From NCBI GenBank assembly GCA_965230895.1, contig OZ246394.1, positions 1,377,887 to 1,441,886 of the forward strand: a stretch of DNA of 64,000 nt, in the 5' to 3' direction. Source of the stretch: an uncultured Gammaproteobacteria bacterium (lineage in GTDB: Bacteria; Patescibacteriota; Microgenomatia; Levybacterales; UBA12049). This document shows positions 24,041 to 32,713 of this stretch, piece after piece. The notes beneath the pieces are model-generated. The model searched no databases. It saw only the letters and a list, made by a program, of their open reading frames with translations, and was not told the origin of the DNA. The translations under genes were made by a program, and so were the position numbers. The first letter of the stretch is position 1, and each line of letters starts with the position of its first letter.

Positions 24041-25405
24041 ATGGCTAAAAAACAGATCACTAATTTTGTCTGTCAGGAATGCGGCTACGACACTCCTCAA
24101 TGGTACGGGAAATGTCCCGAATGTGGTATGTGGAACACGCTGAAAGAAATGCGTTTTGCCAAAGAAAAAGGGACAACAACTTCCATCAGTCCAGGACAAC
24201 GAACAGAAATAAAACCTCAAAAACTCAACGAAATTGTTTATCAAGAAAAGTCGAGGATACAAACTAAATATCAAGAATTGAATACTGTTTTGGGAGGAGG
24301 GATTGTTCGCGGTTCTGTCAGTCTTATTGCAGGTGATCCCGGTGTTGGAAAATCGACTTTGCTTCTGCAATTGGCTCTTAGTTTGTCTCGGGGGAAAGAC
24401 GCGCAGAAAGTCCTGTATATTAGCGGCGAAGAATCCGTCGAGCAAGTTAAAATGCGTGCAGTTCGTATTGCTGAGCAATTAAAGCAAAGTTCGAAAGACA
24501 AGGCTGATGATGACAATTTATTCCTTTTGGCTTTAACCGATGCAGATCTTATCGTTGAGCAGATCGAGACGATGAAACCAGATCTTGTAGTGATTGATTC
24601 CATTCAAACCATTGAGTCACAAAACGTCCAAGGCCTTTCAGGTTCAGTAGGGCAAGTTCGTTATGGAGCTTTGCAATTCGTCCGCGTGGCCAAACAACAC
24701 AATATCCCAATCGTTATCGTCGGGCACGTTACCAAAGAAGGTATGGTTGCTGGTCCGATGGTTTTGTCCCACATGGTAGATACTGTGCTTTTCCTTGAAG
24801 GTGAGAAGTTTGCTAAGACAAGAATCTTGCGCAGCTTAAAAAACCGCTTTGGACCTGTCGATGAGGTTGGAATTTTCCTTATGGAAGAGGAAGGAATGCA
24901 AGAGGCAACAAACCCTGAGCAACTCTTCCTAACGCAGAAACAAGATAACGTGCCTGGGACAGTTCTTGTCGCGACATTGGAAGGGTCTCGAGCGTTCTTG
25001 GTAGAATTACAAGCCTTAGCGGTCACTACACGACTTCCTATGCCACGCCGAGTTGTCTCCGGAGTTGATGCAAAACGAGTCGAATTGTTACTTGCAGTTT
25101 TACAAAAACATTGTAGACTACCAGTAGACACAATGGATGTGTTTGTAAACGTGGCTGGGGGAATGAAACTTTCTGATCCAGGCATTGATCTTGGAATCTG
25201 CCTCGCTGTGTATTCAAGTGTGAAGAACGTTCCAATGCAACAAACTGTGGGTATTGCTGAGGTTGGACTTCTTGGAGAGCTTCGTGCAGTGACAGGTTTA
25301 GAAAAACGTACTCGAGAAGCTGAGAAGATGGGCTTCAAAAACGTTATTACAGCGAAGAAATACCGTTCATTGATTCAAGTACTGACACAGCTTGGAGGAA
25401 AATAA
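24041..25405 (+). CDS. radA: DNA repair protein RadA/Sms
   Basis: CQECG..CPECG zinc finger, GDPGVGKST, KNRFG, Lon-like C-terminus. Confidence 0.95.
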   Translation: MAKKQITNFVCQECGYDTPQWYGKCPECGMWNTLKEMRFAKEKGTTTSISPGQRTEIKPQKLNEIVYQEKSRIQTKYQELNTVLGGGIVRGSVSLIAGDPGVGKSTLLLQLALSLSRGKDAQKVLYISGEESVEQVKMRAVRIAEQLKQSSKDKADDDNLFLLALTDADLIVEQIETMKPDLVVIDSIQTIESQNVQGLSGSVGQVRYGALQFVRVAKQHNIPIVIVGHVTKEGMVAGPMVLSHMVDTVLFLEGEKFAKTRILRSLKNRFGPVDEVGIFLMEEEGMQEATNPEQLFLTQKQDNVPGTVLVATLEGSRAFLVELQALAVTTRLPMPRRVVSGVDAKRVELLLAVLQKHCRLPVDTMDVFVNVAGGMKLSDPGIDLGICLAVYSSVKNVPMQQTVGIAEVGLLGELRAVTGLEKRTREAEKMGFKNVITAKKYRSLIQVLTQLGGK

Positions 25406-25406
25406 T

Positions 25407-26210
25407 ATGGCAAAAGAAGATCCAATAAAAGAAGTAACAAAAGAAATCCTTGAAGAGAAAAAGGATGACGATAAAAAGGCTCAGGCATTTTCTCCTGGAC
25501 TGATTGGTGCAATCGCGGATGAAGTCTCAAAAACCCTTCTCACACGTTTGCCGAATATGGTAAGTAGACCTCGTGCAAAGAAAAAGGTAAAGAAGGCTAC
25601 TAAAATTGAAAATGGTATTTTTCTCGATACATCAGCAATCATTGATGGAAGAATCTTTGACGTGATCTACAGCGGCTTGCTTAACGGGACAATCGTCCTT
25701 ACACCAAATATCCTTCTCGAACTCAAACACCTTGCCGATACGCAAGATACTGTGAAGCGAATGCGTGGCCGTAAAGGTTTGGAATCTTTGGAAAACTTGC
25801 GTAAGTCAAAGAAGATTAAAGTCATGGTCCTTCCAGAAGAACAGGAAAAACCATATCGAGCAAATACTGAGGTTGATGAGCAGCTTACGAAGATTGCGAA
25901 ATTCCACAAAGGTAAAATCATTACATGCGACTACAATCTCGAAAAGAAAGCAAGTATTGATGGCGTGACTGTCATCAATATGAATGCTTTAGCGAATAGC
26001 TTGAAAGTTATTGCTGTTCCTGGCGAATCTCTGCATATAAATGTGAGCCATAAAGGAAAAGATCCTACGCAAGGTGTGGGATATCTCGATGATGGAACAA
26101 TGATTGTAGTAGAAGAGGGTAGTGGGGAAATAGGAAAAACTATCGATGTAGTCGTTGCCCGTATTATCCAAACAGCCACAGGACGTATCCTCTTTGCAAA
26201 ACGAATCTAG
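25407..26210 (+). CDS. PIN/TRAM-domain protein (YacL-like, no N-terminal TM region)
   Basis: LDTSAIIDGRI, RGRKGL, EVD, TCDYNL, QGVGYLDDGTMIVVE; follows radA as yacL does in Firmicutes. Confidence 0.88.
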   Translation: MAKEDPIKEVTKEILEEKKDDDKKAQAFSPGLIGAIADEVSKTLLTRLPNMVSRPRAKKKVKKATKIENGIFLDTSAIIDGRIFDVIYSGLLNGTIVLTPNILLELKHLADTQDTVKRMRGRKGLESLENLRKSKKIKVMVLPEEQEKPYRANTEVDEQLTKIAKFHKGKIITCDYNLEKKASIDGVTVINMNALANSLKVIAVPGESLHINVSHKGKDPTQGVGYLDDGTMIVVEEGSGEIGKTIDVVVARIIQTATGRILFAKRI

Positions 26211-26431
26211 TTATCCTTGTCTTTTCGTTTCTTCAGTGCTGTATTCCCACAAAAAAAGCTCATCTTCTTGAAAGAAGTAGGAGCTCCTGCCCAAAGCTCC
26301 TACCTCATCTAAAAAGATGAGCCTACGTGAAAACATTTTCATGAAAAATATTGATGTATCAATGCAATTGCTGATTTTTAGCTTCAGTAATTTTCTTGAC
26401 AACACAATATCATTTCAGATATATTTTCTTT

Positions 26432-26542
26432 GACAGTTAGTTTTATTCCTGCCTGAAGGACTAAATGTCATTTACCCTAAGAGCATTGCTTATCGTACCT
26501 GAACTTATCATTTTGAGTAACGAAAGTGATGCTCTTTTTTTT
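26432..26542 (+). ncRNA. Candidate small RNA (about 110 nt)
   Basis: TTGACA(26396)-N18-TATATT promoter, 5' hairpin, terminator GAGCATTGCTT/AAGTGATGCTC plus T-run, no ORF. Confidence 0.4.
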
Positions 26543-26659
26543 GTTTAAATTTATATATACAGACTCAAAACTCTCTCTTCTGCAATTTCTTCAAAGAACA
26601 TTTTACCCAAAATACTCCTCTCAGTCGCAAAGCTCTGAACCAATACGTATAAATCTAGC

Positions 26660-26821
26660 TTATAAATGTGCTACTGGAACGGTTAACCCTTTCTCCATCA
26701 ATTTTTCAAACTGTTCTCGACCTTGTTCTACCAAAGCCTCACGTTTGTGATCATCAACCGTTTTCAGTGAAATGTCTTTCTTTTTGGACAGAAAAACGGT
26801 TAACCATTCCATAAACTGCAT
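26660..26821 (-). CDS. Small hypothetical protein (53 aa, below the ORF-track cutoff)
   Basis: MQFMEWLTVFLSKKKDISLKTVDDHKREALVEQGREQFEKLMEKGLTVPVAHL; TTGACA-N17-TACTAT promoter immediately upstream. Confidence 0.6.
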   Translation of the reverse strand: MQFMEWLTVFLSKKKDISLKTVDDHKREALVEQGREQFEKLMEKGLTVPVAHL

Positions 26822-26879
26822 AAATAGTATCATAACCGAAAATACTTGTCAACCTATAATATTGTATATGCAAAAAAGC

Positions 26880-27023
26880 ACATAACCTATAATAAATTTA
26901 TATAAATTTAGCTTGATATATCAACGTTTATAACTTATAAACATTTATGTGGATAACTTTTGAATAAAATTAACAGTTCTCCACAATGCCATTTTTGACA
27001 CATTAATGAGGAGCTGTTGATAA
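26880..27023. promoter_or_regulatory. DnaA-box cluster with adjacent AT-rich tract (possible oriC or DnaA-binding locus)
   Basis: TGTGGATAA 26948 (perfect), TTCTCCACA 26977, TGTTGATAA 27015, TTATAAACA 26935, TTTGAATAA 26959. Confidence 0.45.
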
Positions 27024-27075
27024 TAGGGAACGTTCCCCAAGAGATGAATAAGTTAGAAGTTAACGCGAGATATGA

Positions 27076-27843
27076 CTACGCATTTCGAAGGATAGCAGGG
27101 AGTGTTGTCCTGATACTTGGTCGGTATTCATGATTTGCTCGAGATGAAAGCCATAGTCTCATCATAGAAACAAATTGCTTTACGCGTGATCTATTGCGTA
27201 CGCCACGCTTGATTCCTTCTCTGTGGAAGTACAGTGATTGTTTAATGTTTGCTACCTTTCCGTATTGGAAGAATTTGACAAAAACTTCAGTAAAGACAAA
27301 TGGATATTTATTGTGCTTGAAATAAAGCAGATCCTTTGGAAGCATCATACGATCAACCATAACTGTTTCAGGGTGAAGTGGGGAAGCTGGCAACAAGTTG
27401 TCATAGATCTCTTCTGGAGTTTCTGGAAGACTACTTCGTTCAAGCTTTTTATTATCATCATTGATACTCGTAAATTGTGTTCCAACAGCAACAGTTTTTG
27501 GATGATTCATCAGAAAGTTTACTTGTCTTTTGAATCTACTAATAGAATTAATATCGTTTGGATTCATAAAGGCGATAAATCGTCCATGTGCTTTCTTCAT
27601 TGCGCGGTTGTAGCAAATTGCGAGACCATACCGTTTTTTATTTGTGTAGATTTCAAGGTTTTTGAATTCCTTTTTGAAGTGCTTCAAAATGGCAAGAGAG
27701 TCATCGCGTGAATGATCGTCAATAGCGATGATTTGTAAATCTTGGTATGTTTGTTCCTGAAGACTAGCCAAACACTCTGGCAAGAACTTCCCTGCGTTAT
27801 AAACAGGCAGAATAACAGTGACAACTGAGTCCTTGAATTTCAT
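27076..27843 (-). CDS. Glycosyltransferase family 2
   Basis: VTVILPVYN, IAIDDHSRD, GLAICYN; DxD region degenerate (FMNPND). Confidence 0.85.
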   Translation of the reverse strand: MKFKDSVVTVILPVYNAGKFLPECLASLQEQTYQDLQIIAIDDHSRDDSLAILKHFKKEFKNLEIYTNKKRYGLAICYNRAMKKAHGRFIAFMNPNDINSISRFKRQVNFLMNHPKTVAVGTQFTSINDDNKKLERSSLPETPEEIYDNLLPASPLHPETVMVDRMMLPKDLLYFKHNKYPFVFTEVFVKFFQYGKVANIKQSLYFHREGIKRGVRNRSRVKQFVSMMRLWLSSRANHEYRPSIRTTLPAILRNA

Positions 27844-28028
27844 ACTTGGATTCTTTTTATACGCAGTAATTAGGCAGACGTATAATGGGGCAGAAGAGGG
27901 GTAAAGACTAACAAACATTAGAGTCTTTGTCAAGTTTTAGCCTCAAGTTAGTCTCATTTTACTAGGTGAAGAAATAAACAGAGATGCCTCAAATGATATT
28001 AGCGGCATGAATATATTATCCTATAATA

Positions 28029-28057
28029 TTGACTTCTAGTCACGAAATTGCTATATT
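28029..28057 (+). promoter_or_regulatory. Promoter of the small-ORF island
   Basis: TTGACT-N17-TATATT with extended TG, followed by a hairpin and boxA-like GCTCTTT at 28092. Confidence 0.6.
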
Positions 28058-28231
28058 TACACCCATAGTAATGTAAGATTGGGTATATTGCGCTCTTTTT
28101 CTTATAGATCTATATTCTTGCACGTTAACAGTTAATGGAAAGTAATGTAGCACCAGTAGGTGGCATAGTGAGTATCATGCTTGGTACTTAGTATGCCATC
28201 TTAACTGGCTACACAACACACGGAGGTAATC

Positions 28232-28444
28232 ATCACTGACAACGAAGCCAGGGCCAGCTTGCAGAGACTCTACTTAGAGGATCCAAAAGCGTACAGGGTT
28301 CTGGAAATGTGGGTCAGGTTCGGTTATGGACAGTTTGATCGAGAATCGACAACGAATCTGGTCAAACTTGGACTGATGAATGCAGAAGGAACGATTCCAG
28401 ACTCTGTTCGGGAAGAAATTCTTTCTGTCGGCGGCCACGGATAA
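28232..28444 (+). CDS. Small hypothetical protein (island ORF1, similar to ORF3)
   Basis: GGAGGT precedes an in-frame ATC at 28232; TTG 28259 is the alternative start. Confidence 0.55.
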   Translation: MTDNEARASLQRLYLEDPKAYRVLEMWVRFGYGQFDRESTTNLVKLGLMNAEGTIPDSVREEILSVGGHG

Positions 28445-28467
28445 CATCGAGACTACGAGGAGACAGC

Positions 28468-28749
28468 ATGACTGACAACTTTTCCGAGCGAGTGATTACG
28501 ATCACGTCGTCAGGAAGAAATGCAAAGGACTGGATCGATGCAGCGATTTCAGTGGTACAAGGTGCTTACAGACTCGAGATGCGTCGTACAGGTGACAACA
28601 CCGCAGAGGTGACATGTTCCACGATGGAGCAGGCGCATCCTCTGATGTACACGCTGATGGCTCTGGACCTCACTGAGATCAAGATCGCCAAGGCACCTCG
28701 TCGTCGTATCCGCACACGCAGAACTCCAAACGAGAACGGAGCAAAGTAA
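28468..28749 (+). CDS. Small hypothetical protein (island ORF2)
   Basis: GAGGAG SD; basic C-terminal tail; coupled to the next ORF (TAATG). Confidence 0.65.
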   Translation: MTDNFSERVITITSSGRNAKDWIDAAISVVQGAYRLEMRRTGDNTAEVTCSTMEQAHPLMYTLMALDLTEIKIAKAPRRRIRTRRTPNENGAK

Positions 28750-29060
28750 TGATCGGTCAACCGTTCACAATGCGAGATGGTTCAAATGTTTCGATAGGAG
28801 ACGTGTTTCCCATTCTGGAGAAGCTACGAATTCTTCGCGACAAGAACTACTCTGCATTCGAGGCTCTCGTGCTAGCAGTCCGCAACTTCGGTCCTGTTCC
28901 ACAACCGTTCAGGTCTGACCTGGATGCGTTCTGCAATGCAGAAACAGGGTGTGTCCCAAACGACATCGACGCCGTTGTGCTCTTCGGGACTCACTTCGAC
29001 CGTAATTCGGACGAACACATCGTGATCAATCTCGAGAACGGGGAGGCAAGTCAGCAATGA
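28749..29060 (+). CDS. Small hypothetical protein (island ORF3)
   Basis: GGAG SD; translational coupling on both sides. Confidence 0.65.
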   Translation: MIGQPFTMRDGSNVSIGDVFPILEKLRILRDKNYSAFEALVLAVRNFGPVPQPFRSDLDAFCNAETGCVPNDIDAVVLFGTHFDRNSDEHIVINLENGEASQQ

Positions 29061-29311
29061 CCCAAGTTCAAGGAAAGTGTGAGATCACTGTTCGTACGTC
29101 CGGTGACGAAAGCCTGACACAGGGCCTGGTGGCTACGCTGCGAAAGCGGTTCGGTTCGTCACTCCCTGTGGAGTCGAGTAAGGCTGTCGTGACGATCATC
29201 GTCCTGACTATCAATCTCGAGTCAGTGCTGACGCTCATCTTCACCGAAGTTCAAACACTCACCAACGACGACGTGGACATCGACTTCATCGATCCCGACA
29301 TGTCTGACTGA
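29057..29311 (+). CDS. Small hypothetical protein (island ORF4)
   Basis: GGGAGG SD; ATGA overlap; acidic C-terminal tail. Confidence 0.65.
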   Translation: MTQVQGKCEITVRTSGDESLTQGLVATLRKRFGSSLPVESSKAVVTIIVLTINLESVLTLIFTEVQTLTNDDVDIDFIDPDMSD

Positions 29312-29427
29312 GTCATGACAATCATCACGAGATCGCGAGGACCTCCCGACATCCTACGAAAAGGAGCACACCATGCAAGTCGCATGAGTAAGTGAAAGTG
29401 TACTTTCCAACAACTGAATAGTGCATT

Positions 29428-29547
29428 AAGGCATTAGGTCACCTTCGGGTGAAAAAGTTAGTTGAGCCGGATGGACTCAGTCTCCCTGTCAATTGCGACA
29501 GACTTGAGATTGACCCCTCCGACTATACTGACCCCTAATGCCTTTTT
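29428..29547 (+). terminator. Multi-branched structured RNA ending in a terminator-like U-tract
   Basis: AAGGCATTAG/CTAATGCCTT outer stem, TCACC-TTCG-GGTGA, TCAGTCTC/GAGATTGA, CTGTC/GACAG, then TTTTT. Confidence 0.55.
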
Positions 29548-29585
29548 GCTGTTTATGAAGTGTTAAATTTGGTATTATAAGTGTA

Positions 29586-31814
29586 ATGCTCAGACTACCT
29601 TTTATTGATAACCTACCTGTTGCAAAGATTTTTTCAGATCCGGGAGATCGGATTGTCCTCGAGATAAAAACCACACGTACTGGCGAAGAAACACCTGAGG
29701 CTATGATGCAATTCCTGGCCGGGCTTACTAATATGAAAAAGCGAGCGCTTGAATTATGGTGGCGGGGGATCCCTTTTAGCCTGGAGTTAGCGGTTATTGA
29801 TCAGACTATTCATTTTTATGTCACGGTTCCAGCTGAATTTCGTACCTTTCTTGAGAGCCAATTGATCGCGCAATATCCGAAATCTCTTGTCACGCCATCA
29901 CGTGATTATCTCGCAGATATTTTAGAAGATGATGAGACATTAACCGTTGGACAAATGAAGTTAACGCATGGTCCGATTTATCCGATCAAGAGTTATAAAG
30001 AGTTTCATGAAATTGATCCTTTCTCAACATTACTCGGGCTTCTCTCAAAATCACAAATTGGTGACAAGATCGCTATACAATATCAACTGTTGCCTGTGAA
30101 TAAATCCTGGCAATCACATGGCTACAAAACAGCGAGACAGAAAACGACAGACGCTTCCGGTAAAGAAACTGCAAATCCTTGGGCAAAACTTATTGAGCAG
30201 AAGATTGCACATGATGGTTTCAAAACAGCAATTCGCTTGGCAGTAAAAGCTTCTGATAAGTCTCGAAGTAATCAGTTAATGCATCTGCTTGCACATAGTT
30301 TTGCAGGCGTTAACAATCCTTCAGGTAACAATTTGTCTTATCATAGGACGTTTCTGTGGCAGCGAAAAAGACTTATCAATAGCATGTTAAGCAGAAGTCG
30401 TTACTTCATGCCAAACCAAATCCTCAACGTCGAGGAACTTGCGACGCTCTATCATTTCCCCTCAGCTAAATTGGCAAAGATTCATAATATTTCTTGGTAT
30501 AAAAGTATTTATTCTGATCCACCGGAAGAACTTCCGATCTCAGAACGCATGACTGACGATGAAAAGAAAGAAGTTAATTTCTTCGGCAGAACCGAATACA
30601 AGAACCGTATGACAACGTTTGGCATTAAAGCAAATGACAGACGAAGGCATATGTATATCATCGGAAAGACAGGAACAGGAAAATCGACGTTGATTGCAAA
30701 TATGGCGATCAGTGATATTCGGAACAATAAAGGCGTTTGCATTGTTGATCCTCATGGGGATCTTTGTGAGAAGATTCTTGATTACATCCCTTCATATCGA
30801 ATCAATGACGTGGTCTATCTTGATCCATCGGATTTGGATTACGCCTTCATGCTGAATCCGCTTGAAGTAACGGATAGTTATCAAATGGAATTGGTGGTTT
30901 CTGGAATCGTAGGTATCTTCCACAAGATCTATGGTAATTCCTGGGGTCCGAGGCTTGAATATATTCTCCGTAATGCTTTGTTCACCTTAACACATTTACC
31001 AAATCCGACACTCCTTATGGTCCCTGAACTGCTTACCAATGATGCTTTCCGCAAAGAAGTGCTCAAGAAGGTCGATGATCCTGTATTGAAAAGTTATTGG
31101 GAAGGGGAGTTTGCAAATATGCCTGATCGACTGAAGAGTGAATCCATCTCTCCAATTTTGAATAAGGTTGGGCAGTTTATTTCTTCACGATTTATTCGTA
31201 ATATTCTGCAGAATCCGAAGTCAACGATCAATCTTGAAAAGATCATGAATGAACGGAAGATTTTGCTTTTGAATTTGTCTCAAGGAAAACTTGGGGAAGA
31301 CAATTCTGCATTGCTTGGAGCGATGATTATTACCAAAATTCAATTGGCAGCTATGAATCGTGTCTCTATCGCAGAACATGATAGACAAGATTTTTATCTC
31401 TATGTAGACGAGTTCCAGAATTTTGCTACAAGTTCTTTTATCAAGATTCTTTCGGAAGCTCGAAAGTACCGATTGAACTTAATTCTTGCTAATCAATATA
31501 TTTCTCAGATTCCTCAAGATGTTCGTGGTTCAATCTTTGGTAATGCTGGAACAATCTTCTCATTTCTTCTTGGTTCAGAAGACGCAAGTTTTATGGCACG
31601 AGAGTTTAAAGAGCGGTTCAAAGACGAAGACTTGCTTGCATTAGGCAATCATCAAGGTATTGTAAAGCTAGCAATTGATGGGATTACCCAAGAGCCATTT
31701 CTCTGCTATACATTGCCGTTGCCAAATAGCGCGACACAAAATCGTTTGAAGGTAATCAGTAACTCCCGGATGAGATATATGAAGAAGGTGGGGGGCTTAA
31801 GCCTTTTTTCTTAA
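29586..31814 (+). CDS. VirD4/TraG-like (HerA/FtsK superfamily) ATPase, orphan
   Basis: RRHMYIIGKTGTGKST, VDPHGD, LYVDEFQNF, EARKY, ANQY. Confidence 0.85.
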   Translation: MLRLPFIDNLPVAKIFSDPGDRIVLEIKTTRTGEETPEAMMQFLAGLTNMKKRALELWWRGIPFSLELAVIDQTIHFYVTVPAEFRTFLESQLIAQYPKSLVTPSRDYLADILEDDETLTVGQMKLTHGPIYPIKSYKEFHEIDPFSTLLGLLSKSQIGDKIAIQYQLLPVNKSWQSHGYKTARQKTTDASGKETANPWAKLIEQKIAHDGFKTAIRLAVKASDKSRSNQLMHLLAHSFAGVNNPSGNNLSYHRTFLWQRKRLINSMLSRSRYFMPNQILNVEELATLYHFPSAKLAKIHNISWYKSIYSDPPEELPISERMTDDEKKEVNFFGRTEYKNRMTTFGIKANDRRRHMYIIGKTGTGKSTLIANMAISDIRNNKGVCIVDPHGDLCEKILDYIPSYRINDVVYLDPSDLDYAFMLNPLEVTDSYQMELVVSGIVGIFHKIYGNSWGPRLEYILRNALFTLTHLPNPTLLMVPELLTNDAFRKEVLKKVDDPVLKSYWEGEFANMPDRLKSESISPILNKVGQFISSRFIRNILQNPKSTINLEKIMNERKILLLNLSQGKLGEDNSALLGAMIITKIQLAAMNRVSIAEHDRQDFYLYVDEFQNFATSSFIKILSEARKYRLNLILANQYISQIPQDVRGSIFGNAGTIFSFLLGSEDASFMAREFKERFKDEDLLALGNHQGIVKLAIDGITQEPFLCYTLPLPNSATQNRLKVISNSRMRYMKKVGGLSLFS

Positions 31815-32504
31815 GTAGAATCCTAATGCACCAAGCGGTGCAAGCCCTATAAGTGCAAGCGCTTCAGGACCGGTTTCTGGCGTTGACTTGGACTGGGTTG
31901 GGGGATAAATAGGAAGTCCACCTTTACTTGTGGTTGGTTTGTTCTGCGCTTGAGCGGTTGCATCAGTTCTACTGACGCAAGCTTTTACATTGTCTTGGCT
32001 GACTTTTCTATTCGCTTCAACTCTCGCTTGATTGATAACACAACTTATTTGTGGAGAATTGGGTAATTTATCTGCCGCAGCAACTTTTGCTTCTACAAAG
32101 TAAACTTTGTTTGATTGTTTCTCAAGCGAGTCTATAGTAAAGCTAAACGTTCGAGTCTTTGCATCATATGTCCCTGAGCCTTTTGCATACTCAAGGTAAA
32201 CAGGGAAGATATCTCTTACAGCAATATTGCTCACGGCATTATTGCCAACGTTTGAAACTGTAAGTTTGAATCGAATAGTCTGTCCTGGTTTAAATGCAGC
32301 AGCTTCTGGTGGAAGACTATCAACGTATTCTTGATTCTCTGGATTCTGGATTTGCTTGTTTATGGTGATAGGATCATTTTGTTCACAAGTTATCCCTCCG
32401 CCATAGATTTGTTCACAATTAGGAGTTTGCGCAGCAAGAGCTGGCGTAGCGAGAACGAAAAGCGAAAGAGAAGCTGCAAAAATAGATGATAATGCTAATT
32501 TCAT
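31797..32504 (-). CDS. Secreted DUF11-type Ig-fold protein with a sortase-like C-terminal signal
   Basis: Signal peptide; PGQTIRFKLTVSNVG..VRDIFP; C-terminal TPETG, hydrophobic helix, RKKA. Confidence 0.75.
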   Translation of the reverse strand: MKLALSSIFAASLSLFVLATPALAAQTPNCEQIYGGGITCEQNDPITINKQIQNPENQEYVDSLPPEAAAFKPGQTIRFKLTVSNVGNNAVSNIAVRDIFPVYLEYAKGSGTYDAKTRTFSFTIDSLEKQSNKVYFVEAKVAAADKLPNSPQISCVINQARVEANRKVSQDNVKACVSRTDATAQAQNKPTTSKGGLPIYPPTQSKSTPETGPEALALIGLAPLGALGFYLRKKA

Positions 32505-32713
32505 ATGTGCCTAAAGAACTTGAGGTATAATACCATTATTCTATAGGATTAGCAACATTGATCGTGTCTAATATAGATTTAAATATTGACAAAATAGAAG
32601 GAGTATGGGAGAATTAATTCTAATATACGCACTGAATCTTCAGTAATCTATTTATTTGAATCTTTTCATACTCATGATTTCAATCGAGTAAGACTTACAT
32701 TCCTAACAATATT

